A stretch of DNA of 60,587 nt. Origin: Nitrospiraceae bacterium UBA2166. GTDB lineage: Bacteria; Nitrospirota; Nitrospiria; Nitrospirales; UBA2166. Within the stretch, counting starts at the first letter, position 1; every line of letters begins with the position of its first letter. This document shows, one piece after another, positions 18,216 to 28,424 of the stretch. The position numbers and the translations under genes were made by a program. The stretch covers positions 1 to 60,587 of the forward strand of contig DCWI01000097.1 of NCBI GenBank assembly GCA_002328825.1. Direction: 5' to 3'. The notes below the pieces were generated by a model, which saw nothing but the letters and a program-made list of their open reading frames with translations, was not told where the DNA came from and made no database searches.

Positions 18216-19502
18216 ATGCATATTGTCACTGCCGGACTCAATCATAAGACTGCACCGATTAAGGTACGTGAGGGGCTTGCTATATCGAATGGCGATCTTA
18301 GCTGCGTCCTAGCGTCATTGAAAACACTTTCGGCAGTAGAAGAGACGATGCTTCTTTCCACCTGCAATCGGGTTGAACTGTACGGGGCAACACGGGACAT
18401 TGATGCTGCTAGTAAAGAATTACACCAGTTTCTCATTCAGCGAAATCCTATAATTGCTCCTGATCAATTAGCCCAGCATCTATATTTTTTGTCCGACGAT
18501 GATGCGGTACGGCATTTATTCCGAGTTGCGTCAAGTTTGGACTCTATGGTTATGGGAGAACCTCAGATTCTCGGACAGTTTAAAGACGCGATGGAAGCGG
18601 CAGTCTCCCAAGGGTGCACAGGGGTAGTCTTGAATAAAGTTTTAAAAAAAGCCATTTCAGTTGCAAAAAAAGTTCGGACAGACACTCCAATTGGCGAGCA
18701 GGCTGTTTCTGTAAGCTATGCCGCTGTTGAACTTGCGAAGAAATTTTTTCAAAACCTTGCAGAACATTCAGTCATGCTAGTTGGTGCAGGCGAAATGGGA
18801 GAACTTGCTGGCCGACATCTTGTAAATCATGGTGTTCGGCAGGTTATGGTGACTACACGAAACTTTCAGCGGGCCCTTGAGTTTGCAAAACAATTTAAGG
18901 GGGAACCCATTGCATTTGAAACATTTAAAACAAAGCTGCTTCATACAGATATTGTGATCTGTTCAACTGGGGCACCTTATCCCATTGTTACAGCACAGGA
19001 CATGATCAATATCATGCGTATGCGTCAGAATAAACCAATCTGCATCATTGATATAGCTGTTCCACGTGATGTTGAAGATGATGTTCGAGATATTGACGAC
19101 GTCTACCTCTTTAACATTGATGATTTGCAACAAATTGTCACTGTGAATCTTGAAGAACGGCAAAAAGCTGCTCTGACAGCGGAAGCTATTATTCAAGAAG
19201 AAGTTGGAACAATAATGGGATGGATAAAAACACTTGAAACAATTCCCACCATTGTCGCACTAAAAAAGCATGCAGAAGAAATTCAACATGTTGAAGTTGA
19301 GAAAGTTTTGGCGCGTCTTCCCTCTTTATCTGCTGAGGAACGTAAAATTGTTGAAGGACTTGCTTTATCTATTGTGAATAAGCTTCTTCATCGTCCGTTA
19401 GTCACGCTCAAGGAAGAAGCTGCCAATGCCAACAGTGCCATGTATGTGGATGCGACCCGACGACTATTTTCCTTGGATGAGGATCATCGTGGCAACAAAT
19501 AA
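18216..19502 (+). CDS. hemA: glutamyl-tRNA reductase
   Basis: GLNHKTAPIKVRE...LSTCNRVELY catalytic-Cys motif and the GAGEMGE NADPH-binding site. Confidence 0.95.
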   Translation: MHIVTAGLNHKTAPIKVREGLAISNGDLSCVLASLKTLSAVEETMLLSTCNRVELYGATRDIDAASKELHQFLIQRNPIIAPDQLAQHLYFLSDDDAVRHLFRVASSLDSMVMGEPQILGQFKDAMEAAVSQGCTGVVLNKVLKKAISVAKKVRTDTPIGEQAVSVSYAAVELAKKFFQNLAEHSVMLVGAGEMGELAGRHLVNHGVRQVMVTTRNFQRALEFAKQFKGEPIAFETFKTKLLHTDIVICSTGAPYPIVTAQDMINIMRMRQNKPICIIDIAVPRDVEDDVRDIDDVYLFNIDDLQQIVTVNLEERQKAALTAEAIIQEEVGTIMGWIKTLETIPTIVALKKHAEEIQHVEVEKVLARLPSLSAEERKIVEGLALSIVNKLLHRPLVTLKEEAANANSAMYVDATRRLFSLDEDHRGNK

Positions 19503-19524
19503 CCTAACCCGATTGTAAGTTGCT

Positions 19525-20454
19525 ATGTCACAAGTTGAATTGAAAATTGGAACTCGGGCAAGCCAACTTGCTCTATGGCAGGCAGAGTGGGTGCGTGCAC
19601 AACTTGAGCAGGATCCAAATGTGAAGGTTTCGTTGCACAAGATCAAAACATCAGGTGACAAGATTCTTGATGTGCCGTTGGCCAAAATTGGAGGCAAAGG
19701 CCTTTTTGTTAAGGAGATAGAGGAGGCTCTCCTCCGAGGAAATGTTGATCTTGCCGTACATAGTATGAAAGATGTTCCAACTGTGTTGCCAGATGCACTT
19801 GAGATTATTGCGATGACTGAACGAGAGGATCCACGAGACGCTATTTGTACTCAATATTCTATTACTGGAATTCATGATCTTCCAACCGGAGCAACCATTG
19901 GTACAAGTAGTCTTAGACGGCAAGCGCAACTCCTTCATCTTCGATCGGATTTTAAAATCTCGATGTTACGAGGCAACCTCGATACGCGATTACGCAAACT
20001 TCAGAATGGCGAATATGAGGCGATTATTGTAGCTGCTGCAGGTGTCAAGCGACTGGGACTAGAAGCTCAAGTAGCTGCCTATTTGTCAGTTGAGAATAGT
20101 CTCCCAGCAATGGGCCAGGGTGTATTAGGTATTGAGTGCCGGCAAGATGATACGGTTGTTCACGATCATATTTCTCGATTAAATCATCCACCCAGTGCGT
20201 ACGCTGTTCTGGCTGAACGAGCTTTTGTTGACCGTCTCGAAGGAGGCTGCCAAGTTCCAATCGGCGCCTATGCTGTAGTTTCCGGTTCTTCCATTCGGCT
20301 GGATGGCCTTGTGTCGAGTGTGGATGGAACACGGATGATTCGAAATTACGTGGAGGGATCAATTAACGAAGCTCGCTCGCTTGGCATAGCGCTGGCTGAA
20401 GAGCTTCTAAGTAAAGGAGCAGATCAGATTCTAAAGGAGCTTTACAACAATTAG
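19525..20454 (+). CDS. hemC: hydroxymethylbilane synthase (porphobilinogen deaminase)
   Basis: IGTRASQLALWQAEWV, AVHSMKDVP and GNLDTRLRKL motifs. Confidence 0.95.
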   Translation: MSQVELKIGTRASQLALWQAEWVRAQLEQDPNVKVSLHKIKTSGDKILDVPLAKIGGKGLFVKEIEEALLRGNVDLAVHSMKDVPTVLPDALEIIAMTEREDPRDAICTQYSITGIHDLPTGATIGTSSLRRQAQLLHLRSDFKISMLRGNLDTRLRKLQNGEYEAIIVAAAGVKRLGLEAQVAAYLSVENSLPAMGQGVLGIECRQDDTVVHDHISRLNHPPSAYAVLAERAFVDRLEGGCQVPIGAYAVVSGSSIRLDGLVSSVDGTRMIRNYVEGSINEARSLGIALAEELLSKGADQILKELYNN

Positions 20455-20461
20455 TAGCGCT

Positions 20462-22012
20462 ATGTCAGTAATGCCCTCTATTGTTCATCGGACAGGGCGG
20501 GTCTATCTTGTTGGAGCAGGACCAGGAGATCCAAAACTGTTAACTTTGCGGGGCAAGGAATGTCTCGAGGAAGCGGATGTTGTGATCTATGATTACCTTG
20601 CGAATCCAGCGCTGTTGCGACATGCCACGAAAACAGCTATCGAACTGATCTATGTAGGACGACGAGGTCGAGGCCATTATTTGGATCAAGATGAAATTAA
20701 TGCACTGCTTGTAGCAAAAACTAAAGAAGGGAAGACGGTTCTTCGTTTAAAGGGAGGTGATCCCTTTATTTTCGGTCGAGGAGGGGAAGAGGCTGAATTC
20801 GTTGCTAATGCAGGCATTCCTTTTGAGGTCGTCCCAGGAATCAGCTCAGCGCTTGCATGTCCAGCATATGCAGGTATCCCTATTACTCATCGCAGTCTGG
20901 CTTCTTCGGTGACAATTGTCACAGGACACGAAGACCCTGCAAAGTCTACATCCTTCGTGCCATGGAAATCCTTGGCGCAGAAGAAGGAAACCTTGGTTGT
21001 TTTAATGGGAATGCGCAATCTCTCCAGTATTGTTCGTTCGTTGCTTGATGAGGGAAAGCCTCCAACGACGCCTGTTGCACTTATTAGATGGGGTACACGC
21101 TCTGTTCAGCGTACGGTGATAGGAACGCTTCAAGATATTGTCAAGCTAAGTATCACCGCTAGAATAGATCCACCCGCTATCGTTGTTATTGGAGACGTGG
21201 TCATGCTTCGAGAGAAGTTAAACTGGTACGAGCAACGGCCTTTGTTCGGAAAAAAAATCATGCTGACTCGTGCATTACCTCAGGCACAGGAATGTAGCGA
21301 TCTTCTCTATCGCTATGGAGCTGAAACAGTTGAGTGCCCAACAATTGAAATGATTCCCCCTTCCGATACCACAGAACTCCATCATGCGATTGATAACATT
21401 GACCGATATGATTGGGCCGTGTTTACTAGTGTCAATGGTGTAACTTATTTCATGCGTCATTTATATGATCGAAATCAGGATCTTCGTGTATTGCACAATC
21501 TTCGTATTTGTTGTATCGGCCCCCGAACGGCACAGGAACTTAGAGCCCATGGGCTCATCCCAGATATCGTACCAGAACTTTTTCAAGCTGAGGGCGTTAT
21601 TGATGCGCTGACTCCGCTCGGTTTGAATGGAAAACGCGTGCTAATCCCACGTGCCGAAGTTGCACGGGAAATTCTTCCTGACACTTTTCGTGCGTTGGGT
21701 GCTGAGGTGACAGTGCCAGCTGTCTATCGTACTGTTCAACCAAAACATGATGTTGTGTGGGCAATGGAGATGCTGCGTCGTCATGAGATCTCCGTTATCA
21801 CCTTTACAAGTTCTTCAACGGTCAGGAATTTTGTTGATCTTTTTGGTGGACGTGGCCACGTAGATGAACTGCTTTCGCAAACACGTATTGCAAGTATCGG
21901 CCCAATTACCTCAGGAACGTTGAACGACTTTGGCCTGATGCCAGTCATTACAGCAAAAGAAAATACTATTCCCGCGCTGGTTGCCGCTATTGTGGATTAC
22001 TTTCAAAGCTAA
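20462..22012 (+). CDS. cobA-hemD: bifunctional uroporphyrinogen-III C-methyltransferase / uroporphyrinogen-III synthase
   Basis: The N-terminal half carries the SUMT signature VYLVGAGPGDPKLLTLRG...GGDPFIFGRGGEE. The C-terminal ~250 aa are HemD-like. A single 516-aa ORF. Confidence 0.9.
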   Translation: MSVMPSIVHRTGRVYLVGAGPGDPKLLTLRGKECLEEADVVIYDYLANPALLRHATKTAIELIYVGRRGRGHYLDQDEINALLVAKTKEGKTVLRLKGGDPFIFGRGGEEAEFVANAGIPFEVVPGISSALACPAYAGIPITHRSLASSVTIVTGHEDPAKSTSFVPWKSLAQKKETLVVLMGMRNLSSIVRSLLDEGKPPTTPVALIRWGTRSVQRTVIGTLQDIVKLSITARIDPPAIVVIGDVVMLREKLNWYEQRPLFGKKIMLTRALPQAQECSDLLYRYGAETVECPTIEMIPPSDTTELHHAIDNIDRYDWAVFTSVNGVTYFMRHLYDRNQDLRVLHNLRICCIGPRTAQELRAHGLIPDIVPELFQAEGVIDALTPLGLNGKRVLIPRAEVAREILPDTFRALGAEVTVPAVYRTVQPKHDVVWAMEMLRRHEISVITFTSSSTVRNFVDLFGGRGHVDELLSQTRIASIGPITSGTLNDFGLMPVITAKENTIPALVAAIVDYFQS

Positions 22013-22026
22013 TTAGAAAGGGAAAC

Positions 22027-23007
22027 ATGTCATTTCCTCGTGATAGACTTCGACGGCTTCGAGAAACCTCTTCCCTCAGAAGATTGGTCCGGGAAACTCA
22101 TCTCGCGCCACATCGATTTATTGCTCCAATTTTTGTGGCTGAGGGAAAACAGCTTCGCGAGGAGATCCTTTCAATGCCAGGGCAGTATAGAATTGCGCTT
22201 GATCAGCTTATTGCTGAAATAAGAGAGATTAAGGCTCTTGGAATCTCTGCAGTTTTGCTTTTCGGTGTTCCTGCTCAGAAAGATGAGGAGGGGAGTGGTG
22301 CATGGGATCCAGATGGAATCGTCCCAACCTCTGTCAAAATGATCAAGCAAGCAATTCCAGAAATTCTCGTAATTACCGATGTGTGTATTGATGAATATAC
22401 TTCGCATGGACATTGTGGCTTGGTAAAAGATGGGCGGATTCTCAATGACGAAACTCTCCCTTTGTTGCAGAAAATGGCGTTGGTACATGCCCAAGCCGGA
22501 GCCGACATTGTCGCGCCATCAGATATGATGGATGGACGTGTTCAAGCTGTTCGGAAGGAGCTGGACACGAATGGATTTTTTGATATCCCCATCATGGCGT
22601 ATGCTGCAAAATATGCATCATCTTTCTATGCCCCCTTTCGAGATGCAACGCAAGCGGGTCCGATGTTTGGTGATAGACAATCCTATCAGATGGATGCCGC
22701 AAATAGCCGAGAGGCTATGCGGGAAATTAGAACAGACATTGCTGAAGGTGCGGATATTGTGATGGTCAAACCAGCGTTACCCTACCTTGATATTATCAAT
22801 CGGGCACGACAAGTTGCTCACTTGCCTATCGCAGCGTATCAAGTGAGCGGAGAATACAGTATGATTAAGGCCGCAGCTCAGAAAGGGTGGGATGATGAAG
22901 AGGGTGCCATGATGGAATCTTTGCTAGCCATTCGTCGGGCAGGTGCTGATCTCATCATCACCTACTTTGCAAAAGAGGCAGCTAGATTACTACAACGCGA
23001 GGAATAG
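22027..23007 (+). CDS. hemB: porphobilinogen synthase (ALA dehydratase)
   Basis: Full-length 326-aa HemB-type sequence with the DEYTSHGHCG metal/active-site loop and VKPALPYLDI. Confidence 0.95.
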   Translation: MSFPRDRLRRLRETSSLRRLVRETHLAPHRFIAPIFVAEGKQLREEILSMPGQYRIALDQLIAEIREIKALGISAVLLFGVPAQKDEEGSGAWDPDGIVPTSVKMIKQAIPEILVITDVCIDEYTSHGHCGLVKDGRILNDETLPLLQKMALVHAQAGADIVAPSDMMDGRVQAVRKELDTNGFFDIPIMAYAAKYASSFYAPFRDATQAGPMFGDRQSYQMDAANSREAMREIRTDIAEGADIVMVKPALPYLDIINRARQVAHLPIAAYQVSGEYSMIKAAAQKGWDDEEGAMMESLLAIRRAGADLIITYFAKEAARLLQREE

Positions 23008-23048
23008 CCCCATTCCATCTCCTCCACCGATCGCACCGATCACCTAAC

Positions 23049-23996
23049 ATGTTAATGAAAGTAACAAGAGACCGTGAAAAGATTTCTCGTGCTAACAGTC
23101 CAGTTGTAACTATTGGGAACTTTGATGGCGTACATCTTGGACACCAGGCACTTTTAAAAGAGGTTGTCACGAAAGCAAAAAGCATTGGTGGCGAGTCTAT
23201 AGTGCTCACATTTCACCCTCATCCTCTTGCAGCTATTGCTCCGCATCTCAAACCTCAATTTCTAACGACACTTGACGAAAAACTTTCTCTGTTTGAGCGG
23301 GCAGGAATTATGCACACAATCTGTCTTGAGTTTTCCTCAGCACTCGCAGCAACTCCTCCTGCGACATTTGTAAATGATGTTCTTAATAGGGGCATAGGTG
23401 TTCGCGAGGTGTATGTTGGAAAAACATTTAAATTTGGCAAAGATCGTGCTGGAACAATTGAGGATCTCATACGCTTGGGTCCTGAAATGGGCTTTCACGT
23501 GACTCCTATTCTGTCTGTTCAAATGGAGGGTGAGACTGTGAGTTCTTCAATTATTCGAAAACGTATCCAAGAAGGGCGTGTAGCGGAGGCTGGGCGATTA
23601 TTGGGGCGTCAATACACGATCGCTGGAATTGTTCAAAAGGGTGAGAAAAATGGGTCAGCAATGGGATATCCTACGGCAAATATTCCACTCTCTGTAGATC
23701 GCGTAATTCCTCCAAGTGGGGTGTATGCAACAATCGCAACAATTGATGCTATCCGCTATCATTCGGTGAGTTATATAGGAACCCGTCCAACTTTTCATGG
23801 AACCGAGCAATTACTAGAAGTTCATGTTTTTGATATGGAGGCTGATCTTTACGGCAAGCATATGGTGGTTGGTTTCTCCGAATACGTGAGAGGCGATATG
23901 GTTTTTCCCGATGCAACAAGTCTTGCACGTCAAATTGAAAATGATGTACGGCATGCACATCAAGTTTTGGCTACACCTGGAGCGGAAACCTATTAA
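23049..23996 (+). CDS. ribF: bifunctional riboflavin kinase / FMN adenylyltransferase
   Basis: TIGNFDGVHLGHQ nucleotidyltransferase motif and a C-terminal riboflavin-kinase domain (GYPTANI...EVHVFD). Confidence 0.93.
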   Translation: MLMKVTRDREKISRANSPVVTIGNFDGVHLGHQALLKEVVTKAKSIGGESIVLTFHPHPLAAIAPHLKPQFLTTLDEKLSLFERAGIMHTICLEFSSALAATPPATFVNDVLNRGIGVREVYVGKTFKFGKDRAGTIEDLIRLGPEMGFHVTPILSVQMEGETVSSSIIRKRIQEGRVAEAGRLLGRQYTIAGIVQKGEKNGSAMGYPTANIPLSVDRVIPPSGVYATIATIDAIRYHSVSYIGTRPTFHGTEQLLEVHVFDMEADLYGKHMVVGFSEYVRGDMVFPDATSLARQIENDVRHAHQVLATPGAETY

Positions 23997-24003
23997 GGGT
24001 TTT

Positions 24004-25467
24004 ATGTCACGACGCAATCCTCGAGACTCAGCTGTACATTTCCGTACTCGCGTTCACAAGGTAATTACTAGGCATGATCTGATCCAGACTGGCGATCGTA
24101 TTGTTCTTGGAGTATCTGGAGGCCCTGACTCCACTTGTCTTGCTGCCATATTGCATGAGTGGATTAAAAAATGGAACCTAACCTTATATCTTGCGCATGT
24201 AAATTATGGAATACGTGGCCATGAAGCTAAAGAGGATGAGATGTTTGTGAAAAGGCTCGCGCAAAAATTAGATCTCAAGGTCTCCATTAAACATGTTACC
24301 TCAGATGATCTCGCAAGCTTAGAACGGGAATCTTTTCAAGCGCGTGCACGGACAGTACGCTATCGTTTTTTTGAACATGTGGCTCAACAACAAGGGGCCC
24401 AGAAGATTGCAACAGGACATACCGCAGATGATCAAGCTGAAACGGTGCTTATGTGGGCAATACGGGGTGCTGGATTAACAGGACTTGGCGGCATTCCAAT
24501 ACAGCGTTGCCAGAAGATTATTCGACCACTGATCACACTCACACGAACTGATGTTTTGGCATACCTTGATGCAAGACACCTTACCTTCCAAACTGATTCC
24601 TCTAATGAAGTCCCTGTATATCTACGCAATCGTATTCGTCATGAGGTGATTCCAACACTGCAAACCTATAACCCTAAAATAGGCCGAGCGCTCTCACAAC
24701 TTGCTGAAATTGTCAGTGAAGATGAAAAGATTCTAAGCACGATAACGCGACAAATATTCCAAGATATACTTGTGCCAAATCAAGACACTAAGGAAACTGA
24801 CAGTTTGCATATTTCGCGATCGCGCTTTCTTAATCTCCCACGCGGATTTCAACGCCGATGTATCAGACAAGCAGTGGATCATATCAACGGGGACACACGG
24901 CGCCTCACGTTTGTGCACATTGAAGAAGCTATCGTATGTATTACAGTATCTTCCCGCCCCTCTGCCTCGTATGAATGTGCTGGGGTTATAGTGAACCATC
25001 ATTGTCACGATGTAATAGCTATAACTAAAACTAATACGCAACTGCAGCCTTTATACTGGGACGCTCAATATCTTTCTGTTCCTGCTGAAATTGAATTGCA
25101 CGTTCTTGGTTGCCGGATTAAAACATGGAGTGAGTCATCACTAGCAGGAGATTTTCCCGTCTCGCATGCAACCTTTAGAGCCCACAACTCTATGATTGCA
25201 CACTTTGATTCAGATACCTTCGGGCTTCCGCTTACCGTTCGGTCTTGGAAGGATGGTGACGTATTCTGCCCTTCAGGTATGGACGGAAAGAAGAAAAAGC
25301 TTCAAGACTATTTTGTCGATACCAAGATTCCAAAGCGTTTGCGAAGTCAAATCCCTCTCATTGTGGCTTCAGAAGGTATTCTTTGGGTCTCTGGATATAG
25401 ACAGGACGACCGATTCCGATGTCGCTCTACAACAAGGCGTACCTGTACTATTCAAGTCATTCGGTAA
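24004..25467 (+). CDS. tilS: tRNA(Ile)-lysidine synthase
   Basis: PP-loop LGVSGGPDS. I place the start at ATG 24004 (MSRRNP...), 8 nt after the ribF stop, rather than at the ORF-track start 23911, which overlaps ribF. Confidence 0.9.
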   Translation: MSRRNPRDSAVHFRTRVHKVITRHDLIQTGDRIVLGVSGGPDSTCLAAILHEWIKKWNLTLYLAHVNYGIRGHEAKEDEMFVKRLAQKLDLKVSIKHVTSDDLASLERESFQARARTVRYRFFEHVAQQQGAQKIATGHTADDQAETVLMWAIRGAGLTGLGGIPIQRCQKIIRPLITLTRTDVLAYLDARHLTFQTDSSNEVPVYLRNRIRHEVIPTLQTYNPKIGRALSQLAEIVSEDEKILSTITRQIFQDILVPNQDTKETDSLHISRSRFLNLPRGFQRRCIRQAVDHINGDTRRLTFVHIEEAIVCITVSSRPSASYECAGVIVNHHCHDVIAITKTNTQLQPLYWDAQYLSVPAEIELHVLGCRIKTWSESSLAGDFPVSHATFRAHNSMIAHFDSDTFGLPLTVRSWKDGDVFCPSGMDGKKKKLQDYFVDTKIPKRLRSQIPLIVASEGILWVSGYRQDDRFRCRSTTRRTCTIQVIR

Positions 25468-25490
25468 CAGTACCAAAGAAACTTTTACCA

Positions 25491-25520
25491 TTGTCAGAAA
25501 ATTCTGATGTATGGTAGTAT
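25491..25520 (+). promoter_or_regulatory. putative ftsH promoter (TTGTCA-18 nt-TAGTAT with TGn extended -10)
   Basis: The hexamers were read directly, about 80 nt upstream of the ftsH start. Confidence 0.3.
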
Positions 25521-25598
25521 CGAATCTAGTCTTAGGTAGATCAGGATGGGGACAGGTATGAGCATTGCGCTGGCGACCGTGAGCTTTTGGAGAAAAAA

Positions 25599-27413
25599 AT
25601 GAATTCGCGAAGCAAAAATCTTATTTTTTGGGTCGTGATCGGATTGTTCATGGTCTTGCTCTTTAACATGCTCAATGCACCTCTACGTGCACCTGTTCAG
25701 CAAGAAGTTGCCTTCAGTGATTTCATAACGAAACTTGAGGATGGTGAAGTTCGTGAGGTCACTATTACCGACCATAAGATTTCTGGTGTATTTAAGGAGG
25801 GAGAGCAGTTTACGACATACGCAGTTGATTATCCCGACCTCGTGCCACTTTTGCGTGAACATGATGTGCGTGTTGAAGCAAAACCAGATGATGATAGTCC
25901 ATGGTATATCACCTTTCTAGTCACATGGGGCCCATTTATTCTTTTCCTTGGATTGTGGTTTTTTCTCATGCGCCAAATGCAAATTGGTGGGAATCGGGCA
26001 CTTTCTTTTGGGAAAACTCGTGCTCGGCAACTCAATGAAGAGCGAAAGAAGATTACCTTTGCTGATGTAGCAGGAGTAGAGGAAGCTAAGCATGAGGTCA
26101 TGGAAATAGTCGAGTTTCTTATGGATCCACAGAAATTTCAGAAACTTGGCGGGCGTATTCCAAAAGGTGTCCTTATCATGGGACCTCCCGGGACTGGGAA
26201 AACTCTCCTTGCACGTGCAATTGCTGGGGAAGCAGACGTGCCATTTTTTAATATTAGTGGATCGGATTTTGTCGAAATGTTCGTTGGCGTTGGAGCTTCT
26301 CGTGTACGAGATCTTTTTGAGCAAGGCAAGAAAAATGCTCCCTGTATTATTTTTATTGACGAGATCGATGCTGTTGGGCGACAGCGGGGTGCGGGTATTG
26401 GCGGTGGACACGATGAGCGTGAACAGACATTAAATCAACTACTGGTCGAAATGGATGGTTTTGGAACTGCCGATAGTGTCATCCTAATTGCAGCAACAAA
26501 TAGGCCTGATGTACTTGACCCTGCGCTTCTCCGCCCAGGGCGATTTGATCGGCGTGTTGTCGTAAGTCGTCCTGATGTCAAGGGCCGTCTTGAAATTTTG
26601 AAAGTGCATTCGAAGAACGTTCCTGTCGCAAATGATGTTGAGATGAGTACTATTGCGCGGGGTACACCTGGATTTTCCGGTGCCGATCTTGAAAACCTGA
26701 TTAACGAAGCTGCACTTTTGGCAGCACGGAACAATAAGGTAGCAGTGGATTTAAAGGACTTTGATCACGCCAAGGATAAAGTTCTCATGGGTGCAGAACG
26801 CAGAAGCATGGTGATTAGTGATGAAGAAAAGCGTGTTACTGCATATCATGAGGCTGGACACACCTTGATGGCAAAGCTTATTCCTGGTACGGACCCTGTG
26901 CACAAGGTTACGATTATACCGAGGGGGCAGGCATTGGGGCTCACCATGCAGCTTCCCCTTGAAGATCGTTATAGCCACTCTAGGCAGTTTCTGTATAACA
27001 ATCTCGCAATTTTGCTAGGAGGACGCGTAGCGGAAGAACTAGTCCTCAATGAAATCACGACTGGTGCGGGAAATGATATTGAACGTGCGACAGAATTGGC
27101 GAGAAAAATGGTGTGTGAATGGGGAATGAGTGATATATTGGGCCCATTGACATTTGGGAAAAAGGAAGAAGAAATTTTCCTTGGAAGAGAGTTCGCGAAA
27201 CACCGTGATTACAGCGAAGAGGTTGCCATAACCATCGATAAAGAGGTCAAAAACTTAATCACTCAATGTTACGATCGAACACGAAAAACCCTGAAAGAAA
27301 ATATGGCCGCTTTGATTGCCCTTGCGCAAGCACTGCTGGAAAAGGAAGCCCTTGACAGTCATGAAATTGACCAAATTCTCAAAGAGTCAATCCCTCAGTG
27401 GGCACCAAGCTAA
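25599..27413 (+). CDS. ftsH: ATP-dependent zinc metalloprotease FtsH
   Basis: Walker A GPPGTGKT, the SRH region and the HEAGH zinc site. ATG 25599 has GGAG 7 nt upstream, whereas the ORF-track TTG 25587 lacks an SD. Confidence 0.95.
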   Translation: MNSRSKNLIFWVVIGLFMVLLFNMLNAPLRAPVQQEVAFSDFITKLEDGEVREVTITDHKISGVFKEGEQFTTYAVDYPDLVPLLREHDVRVEAKPDDDSPWYITFLVTWGPFILFLGLWFFLMRQMQIGGNRALSFGKTRARQLNEERKKITFADVAGVEEAKHEVMEIVEFLMDPQKFQKLGGRIPKGVLIMGPPGTGKTLLARAIAGEADVPFFNISGSDFVEMFVGVGASRVRDLFEQGKKNAPCIIFIDEIDAVGRQRGAGIGGGHDEREQTLNQLLVEMDGFGTADSVILIAATNRPDVLDPALLRPGRFDRRVVVSRPDVKGRLEILKVHSKNVPVANDVEMSTIARGTPGFSGADLENLINEAALLAARNNKVAVDLKDFDHAKDKVLMGAERRSMVISDEEKRVTAYHEAGHTLMAKLIPGTDPVHKVTIIPRGQALGLTMQLPLEDRYSHSRQFLYNNLAILLGGRVAEELVLNEITTGAGNDIERATELARKMVCEWGMSDILGPLTFGKKEEEIFLGREFAKHRDYSEEVAITIDKEVKNLITQCYDRTRKTLKENMAALIALAQALLEKEALDSHEIDQILKESIPQWAPS

Positions 27414-27512
27414 GTACGACTCAATCGTTATCTCGTCTCTTCAGAATCCTGAACGCTTTTTCACCTTCCTAACGCATTACTTCCTTCACGGGCACCATTT
27501 TACTCCCTCGGC

Positions 27513-28424
27513 ATGTGTGTAGCGATGCGCATAGCTGGAAAAGATCTTTGCCTTGAAAATCGCCCATTAGTTATGGGGATACTAAATGTTACCCCAAACT
27601 CTTTCTCAGATGGTGGAAGGTATTTATCGATTGATCATGCTGTTGCTCATGCTATTGAGATGGAAGAAAATGGCGCAGATATTATTGATATTGGAGGAGA
27701 ATCAACAAAACCTGGTGTTGCCCCCATCTCTCTTGATGAAGAGTGTTACCGTGTGCTTCCCGTTATCACGCAGATTGCAAAATGCACATCCATTCCACTA
27801 TCTATTGATACGTCAAAATCTCAAGTTGCGAAACGGGCTCTCGATCTTGGAGTGAGCATGATCAATGATGTGACTGCCCTCCGAGGAGATCATGAAATGG
27901 CATCAATTGTAGCTTCAAGTGGTGCGGGAATTGTTCTGATGCATATGCAAGGTAGCCCTCGAGATATGCAGAATAAACCTATGTATGCATCCCTTCTTGA
28001 TGAAATTTTAGAATTTTTTCGTGTGCGTTTAGCAGTAGCACAACAGGCAGGGATTCATGCGGATCAGATCCTTCTCGATCCAGGCATCGGATTTGGAAAG
28101 ACCCTGAGCCACAACCTGAATCTACTCCAGCAACTTCACACTTTTCTTACGTTAGGTTATCCAGTGGTTATTGGGCCATCTCGTAAGTCATTTTTAGGGG
28201 AGATCTTCCAATGTCCGGTTGATCAACGTCTAATGGGTACTGCCGCAGCAGTGGCTATCGCAATTATGCATGGGGCAAACATTGTGCGAGTTCATGATGT
28301 TGCGGAGATGCTTCAGGTTGTTCATGTGGCGCAAGCTATTCGTTCTGGAAATATTAATGCTGATCAAAGGATTGAGGGCAAAACTCAGGATGACGAACTT
28401 GTTATGCTGCGAGGGAAAGTATGA
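27513..28424 (+). CDS. folP: dihydropteroate synthase
   Basis: VMGILNVTPNSFSDGG motif. An alternative start is ATG 27525. Conserved ftsH-folP-glmM synteny. Confidence 0.92.
   Translation: MCVAMRIAGKDLCLENRPLVMGILNVTPNSFSDGGRYLSIDHAVAHAIEMEENGADIIDIGGESTKPGVAPISLDEECYRVLPVITQIAKCTSIPLSIDTSKSQVAKRALDLGVSMINDVTALRGDHEMASIVASSGAGIVLMHMQGSPRDMQNKPMYASLLDEILEFFRVRLAVAQQAGIHADQILLDPGIGFGKTLSHNLNLLQQLHTFLTLGYPVVIGPSRKSFLGEIFQCPVDQRLMGTAAAVAIAIMHGANIVRVHDVAEMLQVVHVAQAIRSGNINADQRIEGKTQDDELVMLRGKV

Noticed and set aside
23911-24003. Upstream extension of tilS (ORF-track start 23911) and of recN (53710), uppP (54270) and ftsH (25587)
   Set aside because: The extensions overlap upstream genes or add non-conserved residues. 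Internal ATGs align with the conserved N-termini and, for ftsH and uppP, have better SD sequences.
25829-26734. Antisense ORFs of up to 164 aa within ftsH
   Set aside because: They lie opposite a highly conserved AAA+ region. The sequences look like translated antisense, with no start-site support.
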